Source: an uncultured Chloroflexia bacterium (lineage in GTDB: Bacteria; Chloroflexota; Chloroflexia; QHBQ01; JADMIH01). From it: a stretch of 64,000 nt of DNA. Positions 28,330 through 37,199 of the stretch are shown piece by piece; the stretch's first letter is position 1; every line of letters starts with the position of its first letter. The notes beneath the pieces were generated by a model, which worked only from the letters and a program-made list of their open reading frames with translations, was not told the DNA's origin and did no database searches. The stretch lies in assembly GCA_963797095.1 (NCBI GenBank), contig CAWCNY010000001.1, positions 320,001 through 384,000 of the forward strand, in the 5' to 3' direction. Position numbers and translations under genes: made by a program.

Positions 28330-28935
28330 ATGACAGACACATCAACCAATATTTCCGGTACGACAATTCTCATCGCTGATGAGGACTCAATCCTGCGGCT
28401 CGACTTGCGCGATCTACTGCAAGCGATGGGCTACCTGGTGATCGGGGAGGCACGCGACGGGCAAAGCGCCATAGCCATGGCGAGAAGCCTGCACCCCGAC
28501 CTGGTCATTGTGGGCGTACGGCTGGTAGGAGATATGGATGGCGTTGCTGTCGCCGCGGTGCTTACGTCGGAGCGGATCGCTCCGGTGCTTCTGCTGTCCC
28601 ACTTCAGCGACTCCCCCCTGGCCCGCCGGGCCGCGGAGGCAGGCGTAGCGGGCTACGTGCTGAAGCCGGTTGATGAGAGTAACCTCTACCCGGCAATCGA
28701 GGTAGCCATCTCTCGTTTCCGGCAGATCCAGTCGCTTGAGAATAAGATAAGCTATTTGCTCGACGAACTGGAGACGACCAAGCTGTTGGAGCGCGCCAAG
28801 GCGGTGCTTATGAAGCAGCACCAGCTGACCGAGGAAGAAGCACTTGTTCGCATCGAATATGTGTGCAACAACGCGAACAAGTCTATGCGCGCCGTAGCCG
28901 AAGCTATAATCCTCACGCAACGTCTTGGCGCGTGA
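28330..28935 (+). CDS. ANTAR-domain response regulator (PdtaR/NasT-like) with degenerate receiver
   Basis: REC fold (PDLVIVGV, GYVLKP), coiled coil and ERAKAVLMKQHQLTEEEAL...SMRAVAEAI ANTAR. Confidence 0.88.
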   Translation: MTDTSTNISGTTILIADEDSILRLDLRDLLQAMGYLVIGEARDGQSAIAMARSLHPDLVIVGVRLVGDMDGVAVAAVLTSERIAPVLLLSHFSDSPLARRAAEAGVAGYVLKPVDESNLYPAIEVAISRFRQIQSLENKISYLLDELETTKLLERAKAVLMKQHQLTEEEALVRIEYVCNNANKSMRAVAEAIILTQRLGA

Positions 28936-29005
28936 CCCGGCCACCTCTGCGCCAGGCTACCCCAGGATGTAGGAGCAAGGAAGCCCATGCGGAAGTGGCC
29001 GTGAA

Positions 29006-29155
29006 GTGGCCATGTCGGAGTGGCCATGTCGGAGTGGCCATGTCGGAGTGGCCATGTCGGAGTGGCCATGTCGGAGTGGCCATGTCGGAGTGGCCATGTC
29101 GGAGTGGCCATGTCGGAGTGGCCATGTCGGAGTGGCCATGTCGGAGTGGCCATGT
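29006..29155. repeat. 14-bp tandem repeat GTGGCCATGTCGGA, 10 perfect copies plus a partial copy, intergenic
   Basis: Counted directly; no spacers. Confidence 0.95.
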
Positions 29156-29234
29156 AGCCGTAAGCAGTAGCCCGCAACGCGACCCGCTGCGTTCGCGTCG
29201 CCTCGCGTGGCCTCAGGAGGGAATAAGAGTAACG

Positions 29235-30149
29235 ATGGTGCAAATAGAATTCGGCTTGCTGCTTCCTCATGGAGCGCAAACACCACAGGCTCGGGTTCGC
29301 TACCTGCGAGATTGCCTAAGCAACCTGCAGATCATAAAGGGCCGTTTCACATCGGTCTGGATGTCTGACCACCTGCAGGTAGGTGGTCAGGATGTCATGG
29401 AGTGTTGGACCACCCTGGCGTACTTCGCCGCCCTCCACCCCGAGCTGTACTTCGGATCGGTCGTGCTCTCCCAGGCCTATCGGAATCCGGCTCTGGTGGC
29501 AAAGATGGGCGCCACCTTCCAGTACCTTACCGGCGGCCGCCTGGTGTTGGGCCTGGGAGCAGGCTGGAAGGAGGACGAATTCCACTCCTATAACTACCCG
29601 TTCCCATCGCCGGCCACGCGCGTAAGCGAGCTGGAGGAGGCGGTCACAATCATCAAGGCGCTGTGGACCCAGGAGGAGACCACTTTCGAGGGTAAGCACT
29701 ACAGTGTGCGCGCCGCCCGCTGCGAACCGAAACCCGAACCTGTGCCGCCCATTTTGATCGGCGCACAGCGGCCGCAATTGATGCGTATCGCAGCCCGGCT
29801 GGCTGACCGGTGGGATATCACCGGCTCGGCGGTATCGCGCGACGACTACCCGGCCCTCGCCCGCAGGATGGACGCGCTCCTGGACGAAGTCGGCCGAGAC
29901 CCCGCGACCTTGCGGCGCAGCTTCTCTGGGCCGTGTGCCGTAGCCCCAACCGAAGCCGAGGTCAAGGAGTTGGCCGCGCGTATACCCGAGGGCAAAGGCA
30001 TAGTCGGCACACCCTCCAGGGTGGTGGAGCAGCTCGGGCGTTTCGTCGATCATGGGGTAACACGGTTCCAGCTTGCGTTCGCGGGTTTCCCCGACACCGG
30101 ACAGATCGAGCTCTTTATGAGAGAGGTTATGCCACAGCTGGGGGTGTAG
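29235..30149 (+). CDS. LLM-class flavin/F420-dependent oxidoreductase
   Basis: VWMSDH, ECWTTLA, YRNPALVAKM, GRLVLGLGAGW, PPILIG; start 29235 (the ORF-track extension runs through the repeat). Confidence 0.88.
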   Translation: MVQIEFGLLLPHGAQTPQARVRYLRDCLSNLQIIKGRFTSVWMSDHLQVGGQDVMECWTTLAYFAALHPELYFGSVVLSQAYRNPALVAKMGATFQYLTGGRLVLGLGAGWKEDEFHSYNYPFPSPATRVSELEEAVTIIKALWTQEETTFEGKHYSVRAARCEPKPEPVPPILIGAQRPQLMRIAARLADRWDITGSAVSRDDYPALARRMDALLDEVGRDPATLRRSFSGPCAVAPTEAEVKELAARIPEGKGIVGTPSRVVEQLGRFVDHGVTRFQLAFAGFPDTGQIELFMREVMPQLGV

Positions 30150-30171
30150 GGGCATTCGCAAACTATTACCG

Positions 30172-30609
30172 TCAGTTGCCCCTGACTTTGGTCGGGGTGA
30201 TCCTGATGGGCACCGTATACTTCGCGGCGAAGTTCTCGGGCGTGCCCCACGGGCCGTGGGCAATGAAGTCGGCATACTTTGTGGCGTACGTCTGGTTCGT
30301 GGCCGCCGACGGCTCTCCGGGGTAGATGCGCGCCTCGCCCCCTATCACGATTATGTGCCCGCCCCGGCCGTCGCCGTCGAAGTTGAACGACACACGTGGC
30401 TTGCGCTTGATATTTGCGACCCTGGCGGCATGAGTGAGGCTGTACATAAGTATCGTGTCGCCCTCCCACAGGAACCAAACCGGGTTGGGCTGAGGCGTGC
30501 CGTCTTCTCCCACTGTGGTGAGCCCGGCCAGCTTCTCCTCGCGCAGCCTTCTCGCCACCCGCCCGCCGAAGGACGTGGAAGTGGGAGGCATAGCAGAACT
30601 CTCACTCAT
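30172..30609 (-). CDS. PPOX-class F420-dependent oxidoreductase (Rv3369-like)
   Basis: LTTVGEDGTPQPNPVWFLW, NIKRKPRVSFNFDG, YATKY, IRITPTKVRG. Confidence 0.85.
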   Translation of the reverse strand: MSESSAMPPTSTSFGGRVARRLREEKLAGLTTVGEDGTPQPNPVWFLWEGDTILMYSLTHAARVANIKRKPRVSFNFDGDGRGGHIIVIGGEARIYPGEPSAATNQTYATKYADFIAHGPWGTPENFAAKYTVPIRITPTKVRGN

Positions 30610-31840
30610 GTTGTAGTCCTTTCTCCTGTTTGATAGTGTCTCCCCTGCTCGGCATGGTTGCGGGCTGAGGCTCGGCGAAATGGTGCCGGGTCAGTTGGGC
30701 AGCAAGCATCAGGACCAGCGCCAGCAGCGCAGCGCCACTGCTCGCCACCATTATGCTGCGTACGCCAAACGCATCGAACACGAAGCCCCCCAGCAGGCTG
30801 GCAGCCAGGGGCGCGAGCCCCTGTATGCCTATGTTCATCAGCCCCTGGTAGGTCGCCCCTCGCTGGGGCGGTGCCCAGCTGTTGACCAGCCGCACAGTGG
30901 TGGGCACGAACGTGGCGTAGCCCAAGCCCTGAAGTATCGCTGCGAGAGGCAGCAGCACAGGCTCAGTAATCAGGAAGGCGCTCATATAGGAGCAAGCGGA
31001 CACGCCATAGGAGAGGAGCAGCGTGCGTGGCCCCCCCAGGCGGTCCATGATAGCGCCGTGAGTCAGCATCACCGGCACCTCCACTGCCGCGGCCACCGCC
31101 GAGTAGATCCCCACCAGCACTTGCCCGCCCAGGTTGCTGAAGTACACGGGGGAGAATATCCGCATCATCGACATGCCCAGGCTCAGGAAGAACGAACAAG
31201 CCAGCACGACCCAGAAACGGCGCTGCACTGAGCTGAGGCGCAGGGTTGGTGGGGCCATGGTGGGTCCTTCCTTCTTATCGCCGAGCAGCGGCACTATTAC
31301 GCTCGCGACGAGATAGAAGAAGGTGGTGACCGGAAACATCAGCAGCATGCCCAGGCGTTGCCACAGCACGCCGGCCACGGCGGGCAACACCGCAAAAGTC
31401 GCGGATCCCCACAGCCGCATCCGTCCAAAACTCAAGTTGTGGCGTGCAGCCAGCTGCACTGCCAACCCGTCAGTGAGGGAGAAAATCGAGCAGCTGCAGA
31501 ACGCAAAGGCGGTTGCCGCCGAAAGCAAGGTGGCGAATGAGCCGGTGAGGGGATATAGCAGGAATATTATGCCGCTGCAGATCATGCTGAGTCGCAGCAG
31601 TGCCACCTGCCAGCCGTGGCGGTCGGCGAAAGATATGAGCACCGGCGCGGCAAACAGCGACATCAACGGCCCTAGGGCGCTCAGCAGCCCGATTTCGCTG
31701 CCGGACAGCCCCCGCTGAGCATAGTAGACGCTCAGGAAGGGCAAGAAGAACGCATTGCCGCTCATGAAGGCCAAGTAGACGAGGCCCCCGCGCGCTGTGG
31801 GGCTGAGACGGGACCGCCACTTTTCGATCATTGCTGCCAC
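30602..31840 (-). CDS. MFS transporter (MFS_1-like)
   Basis: PFLSVYY..RGLSGSEIG, FGRMRLWGS, EVP motif, hydrophobic segments. Confidence 0.88.
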   Translation of the reverse strand: MAAMIEKWRSRLSPTARGGLVYLAFMSGNAFFLPFLSVYYAQRGLSGSEIGLLSALGPLMSLFAAPVLISFADRHGWQVALLRLSMICSGIIFLLYPLTGSFATLLSAATAFAFCSCSIFSLTDGLAVQLAARHNLSFGRMRLWGSATFAVLPAVAGVLWQRLGMLLMFPVTTFFYLVASVIVPLLGDKKEGPTMAPPTLRLSSVQRRFWVVLACSFFLSLGMSMMRIFSPVYFSNLGGQVLVGIYSAVAAAVEVPVMLTHGAIMDRLGGPRTLLLSYGVSACSYMSAFLITEPVLLPLAAILQGLGYATFVPTTVRLVNSWAPPQRGATYQGLMNIGIQGLAPLAASLLGGFVFDAFGVRSIMVASSGAALLALVLMLAAQLTRHHFAEPQPATMPSRGDTIKQEKGLQHE

Positions 31841-31951
31841 TTTGCTACATTCCTGCCACTTACCAGCTGCCGCCTCGACGTGGGCCGTAGCCTATCATGA
31901 TGGTTTCGTGTTGTTCCCTAACGCCCGTTCTTAGCCACTCTCTGCAAGTCT

Positions 31952-32746
31952 CTACAAGCCCGGAACCTTGGAGGCTGCCTCCACATCTGCCGTGCCGATG
32001 AACGCCAGGATGCGCCGCCACGCGTCGTCGCAGTTAGAGGCAAACTCCGGCAACTCGTGGTCGAAGAAGCCGTGCGGAGCGCCCTCGTAGATCGTTATGT
32101 GGTGCGCTACACCCGAGCGATCCAGCTGCTCGTCGAGCTGGCGAGTCAGCTCCACAGGTGCCACTTGGTCGGCGCTGCCGAAAAAGCCTAGCACCGGGGC
32201 CTTCACGCCGAGCGACTCCTCCAGCACGCTTCCCTTGGACCCCGCTACGGGGCTGCTCATACGCGAGGCATAGAAAGGGATCAGTCCTTGCAGGCCGAAC
32301 TCCTGAGTGCCTGTGAGCAGCGTCAGGCTGCCGCCTATACAGAAGCCGGCAACGAACGTCGAGCGCGAGCCTCCCTCACCCTGGCGCAGGTACTCCAGGC
32401 AGGCCCATACATCGCTGAAGAAGTCGGGTAGCTCCAGTTGGGCGGCGTGATCGCGCCCATTGAAATCACTGCCCCTTGGGCTCACGCCAGCTGAATGGCC
32501 ATAAAAGTCAACCGCGAGGGCGGTGATGCCCTGCTCGGCGAAGCGAAGTGCCAGCTTCTTGTAGAAGAGGCCAAGGCCGTTTATGTCGGGATAGATAAGG
32601 ATCTGGCTCTGGCCCGCCCGCTGCGGGCGGGCCAGGTAAGCGTTGAAGCTGTTGCCGTCGGTACCGGTCAGTACGACATCCTCGCCAAGCGCGGCATTAC
32701 CAGCACTTGGCGGATAGGGCGGGTTGGCATCACGGTCATAGCACAT
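31952..32746 (-). CDS. dienelactone hydrolase family protein
   Basis: PDINGL, GFCIGG nucleophile motif, FGSAD, YEGAPHGFF. Confidence 0.9.
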   Translation of the reverse strand: MCYDRDANPPYPPSAGNAALGEDVVLTGTDGNSFNAYLARPQRAGQSQILIYPDINGLGLFYKKLALRFAEQGITALAVDFYGHSAGVSPRGSDFNGRDHAAQLELPDFFSDVWACLEYLRQGEGGSRSTFVAGFCIGGSLTLLTGTQEFGLQGLIPFYASRMSSPVAGSKGSVLEESLGVKAPVLGFFGSADQVAPVELTRQLDEQLDRSGVAHHITIYEGAPHGFFDHELPEFASNCDDAWRRILAFIGTADVEAASKVPGL

Positions 32747-32911
32747 GGGGACTCACTCCTTTAGTGGTCTGCGCACCGCGAGCGCAAGCAAAGGGGAGGC
32801 CAGGGAGACTGCCACCCTGCCACCCTGCGCGGGCAGGCCCGTAAATCAGATTTGCTCACAGGCCGCCGGGAGGTCACCTCTCAGTGGGGATCAACGGACC
32901 GTGTCGTGCAG

Positions 32912-32957
32912 AGTATACCCTGCCATGCAGTGTAGGAATACCGAAAAAGCCTGGGAA
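32912..32957 (-). promoter_or_regulatory. putative activator-dependent promoter of the DLH-MFS-PPOX operon
   Basis: Coding strand TTCCCAGGCTTTTTCGGT-N22-TATACT. Confidence 0.7.
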
Positions 32958-33072
32958 TCACGTTGGGAGGCATTGGCTGGTTCCCAATGGTAATTTGGGG
33001 GTTAGTGTGCAACCAGGAGATGGGCTCAACGTTAGGACAGCCCTCGATGTATATTTCCGCTCACTTAGCGAT

Positions 33073-33903
33073 TTACTTTACTGCCCGAAAGCGTTGCAGT
33101 TTTTCGCGTGTCTGGGCATCCGGCATGTAGGCTGTGACCCTCATGTCCGGGTCGTTGAAAACGTGCAAGGTGAGATGCTTGAACTCGAGATGGCCTAGCT
33201 TTGGGTGCTCGATGATTTTATCGTTGTCCATTGAGTTACTTACATCGTGATGAGACCACCAGAGGCGAAAATGAGGGCTGGCCTGTCTTAGGTCCTCGAT
33301 CAATTCCTCGAACCACACATCACCAGGGTAGCGAGCACTGGCGGTACGAAACTCTGCAAGTATCCCTCGTGCCATCGGCTCCCAGTGAGAGAACCGCTCC
33401 CGCATCGTCGGATCGGTAAAGAAGCGCCAGATCACGTTGCGTGCGTGTGGAGGTGATGCCTCCGAAATGCCGAACACACCGTCGGCGGCCCTGTTCCATG
33501 CCAGGTAGTCCCAGCGTCGACCTATGACACAGGCGGGGCTCGGGTTGAGGTCATCGAGCATCTGTTGAAGTGTCGGGCTGACGCTCTCTTCCAATGGGAG
33601 GGCAGGCGATGGCAGCGGTTGCCCTGCGAGCAGAAACAAATGCCGCCGCTCATTTACTGTGAGCCTGAGCGCCTGAGCAATGCTTTCCAACACCTGCGCC
33701 GATGGGTGAATATCACGCCCCTGCTCCAACCAGACATACCAGGAGGTGCCGATGCTGGCAAGTTGCGCAACTTCCTCTCGGCGCAGCCCCGGTGTGCGAC
33801 GACGACCACCGGGTGGCAGCCCTACCGCGCTCGGCGTAAGGCTCGCCCGCCTCTTACGTAGGAAATCGGCAAGGGCCTGGTGACGACCGTCGCTCTTCTG
33901 CAT
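33073..33903 (-). CDS. XRE-family HTH regulator, MmyB-like
   Basis: LADFLRKRR...RRRTPGLRREEVAQLASIGTSWYVWLEQGR, PAS-like C-terminus. Confidence 0.92.
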   Translation of the reverse strand: MQKSDGRHQALADFLRKRRASLTPSAVGLPPGGRRRTPGLRREEVAQLASIGTSWYVWLEQGRDIHPSAQVLESIAQALRLTVNERRHLFLLAGQPLPSPALPLEESVSPTLQQMLDDLNPSPACVIGRRWDYLAWNRAADGVFGISEASPPHARNVIWRFFTDPTMRERFSHWEPMARGILAEFRTASARYPGDVWFEELIEDLRQASPHFRLWWSHHDVSNSMDNDKIIEHPKLGHLEFKHLTLHVFNDPDMRVTAYMPDAQTREKLQRFRAVK

Positions 33904-34042
33904 TTCAGCCTCTCCTTAGCACTTGTCATGGTAGTCTCAGACCTATGATAAACAAAGTCTGGTAATGGTATCAGACATTCAGTATCTTCAAAAGGAGCAT
34001 CAATGACAAGGCTACATCCTTCACACAAGCGAGGTAACTATT

Positions 34043-35041
34043 TTGTCTCTTCAATATAGCCTGGCCCTGCCTCAAGGTGGGACAATGGAACTAGCAAGCA
34101 TCAAAGACCCGGTTGAAGCATATGAGGCGATGACAAGTGTTGCTCAGACAGCCGACGAGTTGGGATTCACATCCGTGTGGTTGAGCGACCAGTTCCATAC
34201 CATCCCACGGCCAACACAGGAAGCGACGTTCGAGTGCTGGACTACCCTGACGGCGCTGATGCGTGATACGAAGCGCGTGCGCATGGGTCCGCTGGTCACA
34301 TGCAACCACTATCGGAACCCAGCCTTGCTGGCGAAGATGGCAAGCACAGTCGATGTGCTCTCACATGGGAGGCTTAACTTCGGCATCAGCTCAGGGGGCT
34401 GGAACGAAGAGCAGGACCGCGCCTACGGTTATGACTACGGCGATGCTCCTGATCTTCTGCGCCGTCTACGCGAAGCCGTCCAGGTCATTCTCAGCATGTG
34501 GACCCAGGAAGAGGCGGTCTTTGAAGGCGAATACTACCATGTGCGTTGTGCTGTCAATCAGCCCAAGGGCGTACAGAAACCCCATATTCCTCTGCTGATC
34601 GCAGGCAGTGGCGAGAAGGTGACGCTCAAACTGGTTGCTCAATATGGCGACGCCTGCCATATCGGCGGAGATGTGCCGACGATCCGGCGAAAACTTGCGA
34701 TCCTCAAGCAGCATTGCGAGACCATCGGACGTAATTACGAAAGCATACATCGCACCGCAACTGCCTTCTGTGCCATTGGAGAAACGTATGAACACGCTAT
34801 GTCGAAAATTCCGGAGCCCTTCTTGCAATTGCTAGAGTATATCGGTAGTACCAGGCTTATCGGCAGCCCCGATACGTTTCGCGTAGGTCTGGCCTCTTTG
34901 GAAGCAGCTGGTGTGCAGGAAGTGATACTTATATTCCCTGATGCCCTGCAGCTGGATTCGTTGCGCTCCTTCGCGCAAGCATTCATACGCCAGCGATGTG
35001 CAGGCGCAGCTCCTCATGATCAAGCTACGAGCAATTGTTGA
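34043..35041 (+). CDS. LLM-class F420-dependent oxidoreductase
   Basis: FECWTTL, YRNPALLAKMASTVDVLSHGRL, NQPKGVQKPHIPLLIAGSGEKVTL; divergent from the MmyB-like regulator. Confidence 0.88.
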   Translation: MSLQYSLALPQGGTMELASIKDPVEAYEAMTSVAQTADELGFTSVWLSDQFHTIPRPTQEATFECWTTLTALMRDTKRVRMGPLVTCNHYRNPALLAKMASTVDVLSHGRLNFGISSGGWNEEQDRAYGYDYGDAPDLLRRLREAVQVILSMWTQEEAVFEGEYYHVRCAVNQPKGVQKPHIPLLIAGSGEKVTLKLVAQYGDACHIGGDVPTIRRKLAILKQHCETIGRNYESIHRTATAFCAIGETYEHAMSKIPEPFLQLLEYIGSTRLIGSPDTFRVGLASLEAAGVQEVILIFPDALQLDSLRSFAQAFIRQRCAGAAPHDQATSNC

Positions 35042-35246
35042 GAAGCTGCTCTCGTAGAATATAGTAGGAGTGCTTGTCCAGGGCGATCTGGCTGCTTTTG
35101 GGCTCTGGTCAGCACGGTTAGTACCGTCGAGCTGACGACAGCAACTGTCGGCGGTGCATTAGGTATAATGCTCCCAGGTATTCGGACCAGGGGATAAGGT
35201 AGAGGAGGCTGTGATAGAATGGGCCAACCAAAAGGAGAAAAGACCC

Positions 35247-35610
35247 ATGTCAGCCCAACGAGCACAGCGCAAAACCTACTCAGCAGAGTTCAAGAGCAAG
35301 GTAGCCATCGAGGCAATCGGAGGGTTCCACACGATAAACGAGCTGGCCGCCGAATACGGGGTACACCCTCATCATATTAGCATGTGGAAAGCCCAGTTGC
35401 TGCAGGCAGCGCCAGGGGTGTTCTCAGGACGAGCTGATCAGCGGGAGAAGGAAGCCGAGGAGTTGCAAGCTCGCCTGTACCAGCAGACCTGTACCAGCAG
35501 ATCGGTAAGCTCAAGATGGAGCTTGACTGGCTGGAAAAAAAGTTGGACCTCTCGGTTGAGCACAAGCGCCTGCTGATAGAGGACGAGCACCCACACATAT
35601 CAATAAGGGG
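35247..35610 (+). mobile_element. IS3-family transposase remnant (OrfA plus start of OrfB), disrupted and truncated
   Basis: RKTYSAEFKSKVAIEAI...ELAAEYGVHP..IS.WK; a 14-bp duplication CCTGTACCAGCAGA (35474-35501) shifts the frame; A7 slippery run; homology ends at ~35610. Confidence 0.8.
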
Positions 35611-35991
35611 GGTCTGGGAATGTCTACGTACTCGTGCCCCGCACAGACTGTGCTTGAAGGGACAGGTAAGACGCGCCTGGTTCAGCTCCCTGTTCAGCTT
35701 CAAGAAACCTTACTCAACGGCGGCTTCAAGTGGACTCAGAACTCCCGGCGTCGGTAACATACCGCAGGTCCTCATTGATAATCACTGGGAACTTTGGCAT
35801 CCAGAGCAATACTCTAAGCTAACACCCGAACAATACATTGAGTGGTGGAATTCCGAGGTTGCACCTGCACTGGGGAGCGCCGCTCAGAAAACGTGGGTCT
35901 ATCCGCCTCAGCGATAGTTCCTGTCCTGTATCCGACTAATATCGGCAAAAACCCGGATGTATTGGATAGGCTGGAAGGGATTGTCCTCTTC

Positions 35992-36420
35992 ATGGCAGTT
36001 ATCACCAGAATTTATCTCTTTGACTTTGAAGGGTTCAGGGAATACGTCAACCCATTGATCGCCGACATGCACGGTGGCAACTATGAAGTCTTAGCAGATG
36101 CTGCTGCTGATGTAGCCCGCAACAATCCACAGGTTTGGACTGTACTAAGAGATTTCCGCTTCGATCCAACAGACCTGGGATCTGAGCTTGTGGAGTTTCC
36201 TGAAGTGTGTGACCGTGTTCGTTTTTGGTTGATGGTCCTTATCTCACCCTTCTTATAGCCCATGGAGGAACAATCCAACCAATTATCCGCGCCTTCTTTG
36301 CGCGGTTTCAGTTTTGTGGACAAATTGAAATCCAATGGATGGGCTGAAGAAGATGCGAAACGCCTAATTATAGGTAACCCATCTGAACAACTTCTGAGAC
36401 CTCAACCAAGTTCGTCGTGA
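35992..36420 (+). pseudogene. hypothetical protein relic with an internal TAG
   Basis: MAVITRIYLFDF...ISPFL*PMEEQ... keeps reading after the stop; AT-richer than flanks. Confidence 0.35.
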
Positions 36421-36587
36421 TCACAACGCACTCAGGACATAGAACCAAGTTCTGTGGTCGTTGGACTGGGACAGTTGCCCAACTTGACTGGGTGGTTGAG
36501 CTCAGACGGTACTGGGCGGATTGCACCACGATTACCGGAGGGTCGCATGAGCGTGGATGGGCCAGGTAGCCGGGACAGGCTTTTTAA

Positions 36588-36828
36588 CTCCATGGTTAGC
36601 CGCCCGAGCTTCCGTTCGAGTTCGGCGATGCGCTCTTGCTGTGAGCTTGCGAACCCTGAACGCTGCTCTTCCTGGCTGAAGATGAGGGGTGCTCCTTCCA
36701 GGAAGGTGGTGCGCCACTTGTAGAATAGGTTGTGGTGAATTTGGTACTGACGGCACACCTCGGTGCTGGTCTTGGTGCCGCTGAGCACTCCCAGAACCAC
36801 CTGGGCCTTGAACTGGGCTGTGAATGTG
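36588..36828 (-). mobile_element. IS3-family OrfA fragment
   Basis: FTAQFKAQVVLGVLSGTKTSTEVCRQYQIH..LFYKWR...ERIAELERKLGRLTMEL. Confidence 0.78.
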
Positions 36829-37030
36829 CATCCCTGAATACTGGATTGTCAATCCATTGAACGAGACCATCACCGTCCTTGAGCTGCAGGGTGACACCTA
36901 TGTGGAGCATGGTGTTTTCGCCCGTGGTGAGAGCGCTTCCTCGAAGCTCCTTGAGGGCTTCCGTGTGAATGTCAATGAAGTGTTTGACGCTATGTAGCGA
37001 TGTAGACCGGAAGTGTCAGATCTGGAACCC

Positions 37031-37143
37031 ATTCAAAACCGGGGCAAGCGTCCCAACCTGCCGTGCCGCTGAGCAAGAGAAGGAGGTCGAGGCGAATTTT
37101 CCTTGCTAACGCTTGCTCCCGGTGCTTGCCCCCGGTTTTGAAT
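37031..37143. mobile_element. MITE-like element with terminal inverted repeats
   Basis: ATTCAAAACCGGGGCAAGC ... GCTTGCCCCCGGTTTTGAAT (one extra G/C); no coding capacity. Confidence 0.5.
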
Positions 37144-37199
37144 TGCCCCTGGCAGACGGACTATGAGTATCAACGGAACGGAGATGTACGAATCGTACT

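Noticed and set aside
29006-29155. CRISPR array
   Set aside because: Units are contiguous 14-mers without spacers, and there are no cas genes in the window.
28863-29234. Repetitive N-terminal extension of the LLM ORF, or a repeat-peptide precursor (WPCRSGHVGVAMSE)n
   Set aside because: It arises only because the 14-bp repeat has no stop in any frame; LLM homology starts at 29235 and the extension overlaps the ANTAR gene.
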